Positions 62,261-64,000 of a DNA stretch of 64,000 bases are shown here, piece after piece. The notes under the pieces were generated by a model, which had not been told where the DNA came from, ran no database searches, and saw only the letters and a program-made list of their open reading frames with translations. The stretch's first letter is position 1. Each line of letters starts with the position of its first letter. This DNA is from Anolis carolinensis (taxonomy: Eukaryota). The DNA lies in assembly GCF_035594765.1 (NCBI RefSeq), contig NC_085843.1, forward strand, positions 145,305,971 to 145,369,970. Direction: 5' to 3'. Position numbers and translations under genes: made by a program.

Positions 62261-62925
62261 TCATAAGATAGAACCTGAATAGAAGGGACTCTGTTCCTAG
62301 AGTCAGAAAAAAGTATGACACATTGGGTTGTTTCAGCCACAACAATGGTGCAGTGAAAGATTTTAAAGAACAGTTCTCTTAGTATTAGTTTCTATAGCCA
62401 GTTTCTCCTGAATTAATGGAGCTCCTATAATACAATGTCTCTTATCATTTTGCAGAGTTAACCCAATAGGATACAATATGCAATTCAATTGAATTAAATA
62501 GTTGGTTTCCTTCCTCCATTTTTATGTCTTCTTCCTACTGGTCCAATCCTGCTTCACATATATGTTCAGCATACAAGTTAAACATACAGGGTGATAAAAT
62601 GCAGGCTTGCCTGACCCCCTTGTCAATTCAAAGCATTCAGTTTCTCCATATTCTGTCCTAACAGTGAACAAAATGGCACAATTGTATGCTTTGATTCAGA
62701 AGACTGAAATAGATAACTTGAATCAAAAATTTCCACTTATTGAACTCCGGAACATGAAAGTGAACAACCTGAAATATCCAGAGGTGTAGCGTTCCTTAAA
62801 GTTTTCCTCTCTAGTCCTTATCTACAAATACATTTGGAATACTAAAGCCACACCACTGTTTTGGTATTTGATTAGTATTAGTTGTTTTAGCATTAGCATT
62901 AGTTGATTTGTGTTAAGCTCTACAG

Positions 62926-63060
62926 CAGTGGTTCTCAATCTCTGGGTCCCCAGGTGTTTTGGCCTACAGCCCCCAGAAATGCCAGCCAGTTTACCAGCTG
63001 TTAGGATTTCTGGGAGTTCCAGGCCAAAACGTCTGGGGACCCACAGGTTGAGAACCACTG
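62926..63060. mobile_element. hAT (Charlie-like) palindromic MITE, 135 bp
   Basis: TIRs CAGTGGTTCTCAA / TTGAGAACCACTG; 8-bp TSD CTCTACAG / CTCTACAC. Confidence 0.9.
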
Positions 63061-63529
63061 CTCTACACAGTAGATCTTAACACTTGAATTATTTTAGCAT
63101 GTTATATAAGGCTACAAATTAAGAAAAACATATGGAAGAAAGCAGGGCCATAGCTAGAAAAAAATGGGGGTGGGAGGGTGAAACTTTTTTATTGAATCAT
63201 GAAAAGTAGTTCCATAAAACACAATAATTTAAATAGTATGGTTCATTCTATGTTTTTATATAGACTTAAATAAATCTATTTTGTATTTTAGTTACAAACT
63301 TTCAAGTCTTAAAATAACTGAAAATGACTGTTAATTGGTAATTTATAGTTACAAAAAAATACCACAATGTCTATTGGAAATGCTTGAAAACTGTGTCAAT
63401 AAACTTTGACAGAAATCAGGCTCCATTGATAAACTTCAGTGGACACTCAAGAGTACAAGTAAAGTCAGTCTTTCTTGCCCCATTGTGCTTCTTATGTATG
63501 TTTTCAAACATTTAGGAGTTGAAAATGAC

Positions 63530-63536
63530 ATACACA

Positions 63537-63567
<31 letters not shown>
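63530..63567. repeat. (CA)n microsatellite
   Basis: Direct reading. Other microsatellites: (TTA)n 22071-22108, 33038-33090, 49567-49616, 59834-59884; (GATA)n 46333-46367; (AT)n 51762-51804. Confidence 0.95.
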
Positions 63568-63877
63568 TTTAAATTGGCATATCTAAAAATCAAAATCAAT
63601 GATCCATACATATTGTGAATTTTTTAGAAATTACATAAAATACTTTAATCTGATACCTAATTATTCAAAATTACTTGATAGTTTAGGAGAAATTAAAGTA
63701 TAAACTTGTTAAGCAAGTGCAAATTATCACAGTTGTTATATACCTGGAAACATCATAAAGTGTATTTAAACTTAAGTTTTTCTCATGGAGTTTTTTAGGA
63801 CTACAATCGCCAAAATGGATGAGGCTTTGCATAAGACAAAAGCACAGTCCTGAAAGACACCTCCAGGACATTTACCA

Positions 63878-64000
63878 TTTAGTAGCCAGCTGCAATAAAT
63901 CACTATGACAAGAGGTCATTAGTTTGAAGCCAGCCCATGTCGGAGTGAGCATCCGACCATTAAAAAAATAGCCCTGCTCATTGTTGACCTAAGCAACCCG
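63878..64000 (+). mobile_element. Anolis-type SINE2, 5' part, truncated by window end
   Basis: Reverse complement homologue of ~55275-55395. Confidence 0.75.

Overview
This is AT-rich vertebrate genomic DNA, almost certainly squamate and probably an Anolis-type lizard: it carries Sauria SINEs, Anolis-type SINE2, and Bov-B, L2, CR1, L1 and R4/Dong LINEs. I found no convincing host protein-coding exon, rRNA, tRNA or CRISPR array. The window looks intronic or intergenic: a dense patchwork of nested transposable elements separated by repeat-free stretches that may hold enhancers. Two observations stand out. (1) Five solo LTRs from four different families (1985-2852, 17115-17869, 33539-35320, 34095-34982, 35393-35774) each carry a reading frame that starts at the second base of the LTR. 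The frame encodes an acidic peptide ending in an RRSxR[LI] motif resembling the HMGN nucleosome-binding core RRSARLSA. (2) An R4/Dong LINE insertion (51947-53415) carries an inverted copy of the element's apparent 5' end, and that 5' UTR folds into a multi-stem RNA with a canonical box C/D kink-turn. Boundaries without a TSD are approximate. Family names come from recalled motifs and were not checked against a database.
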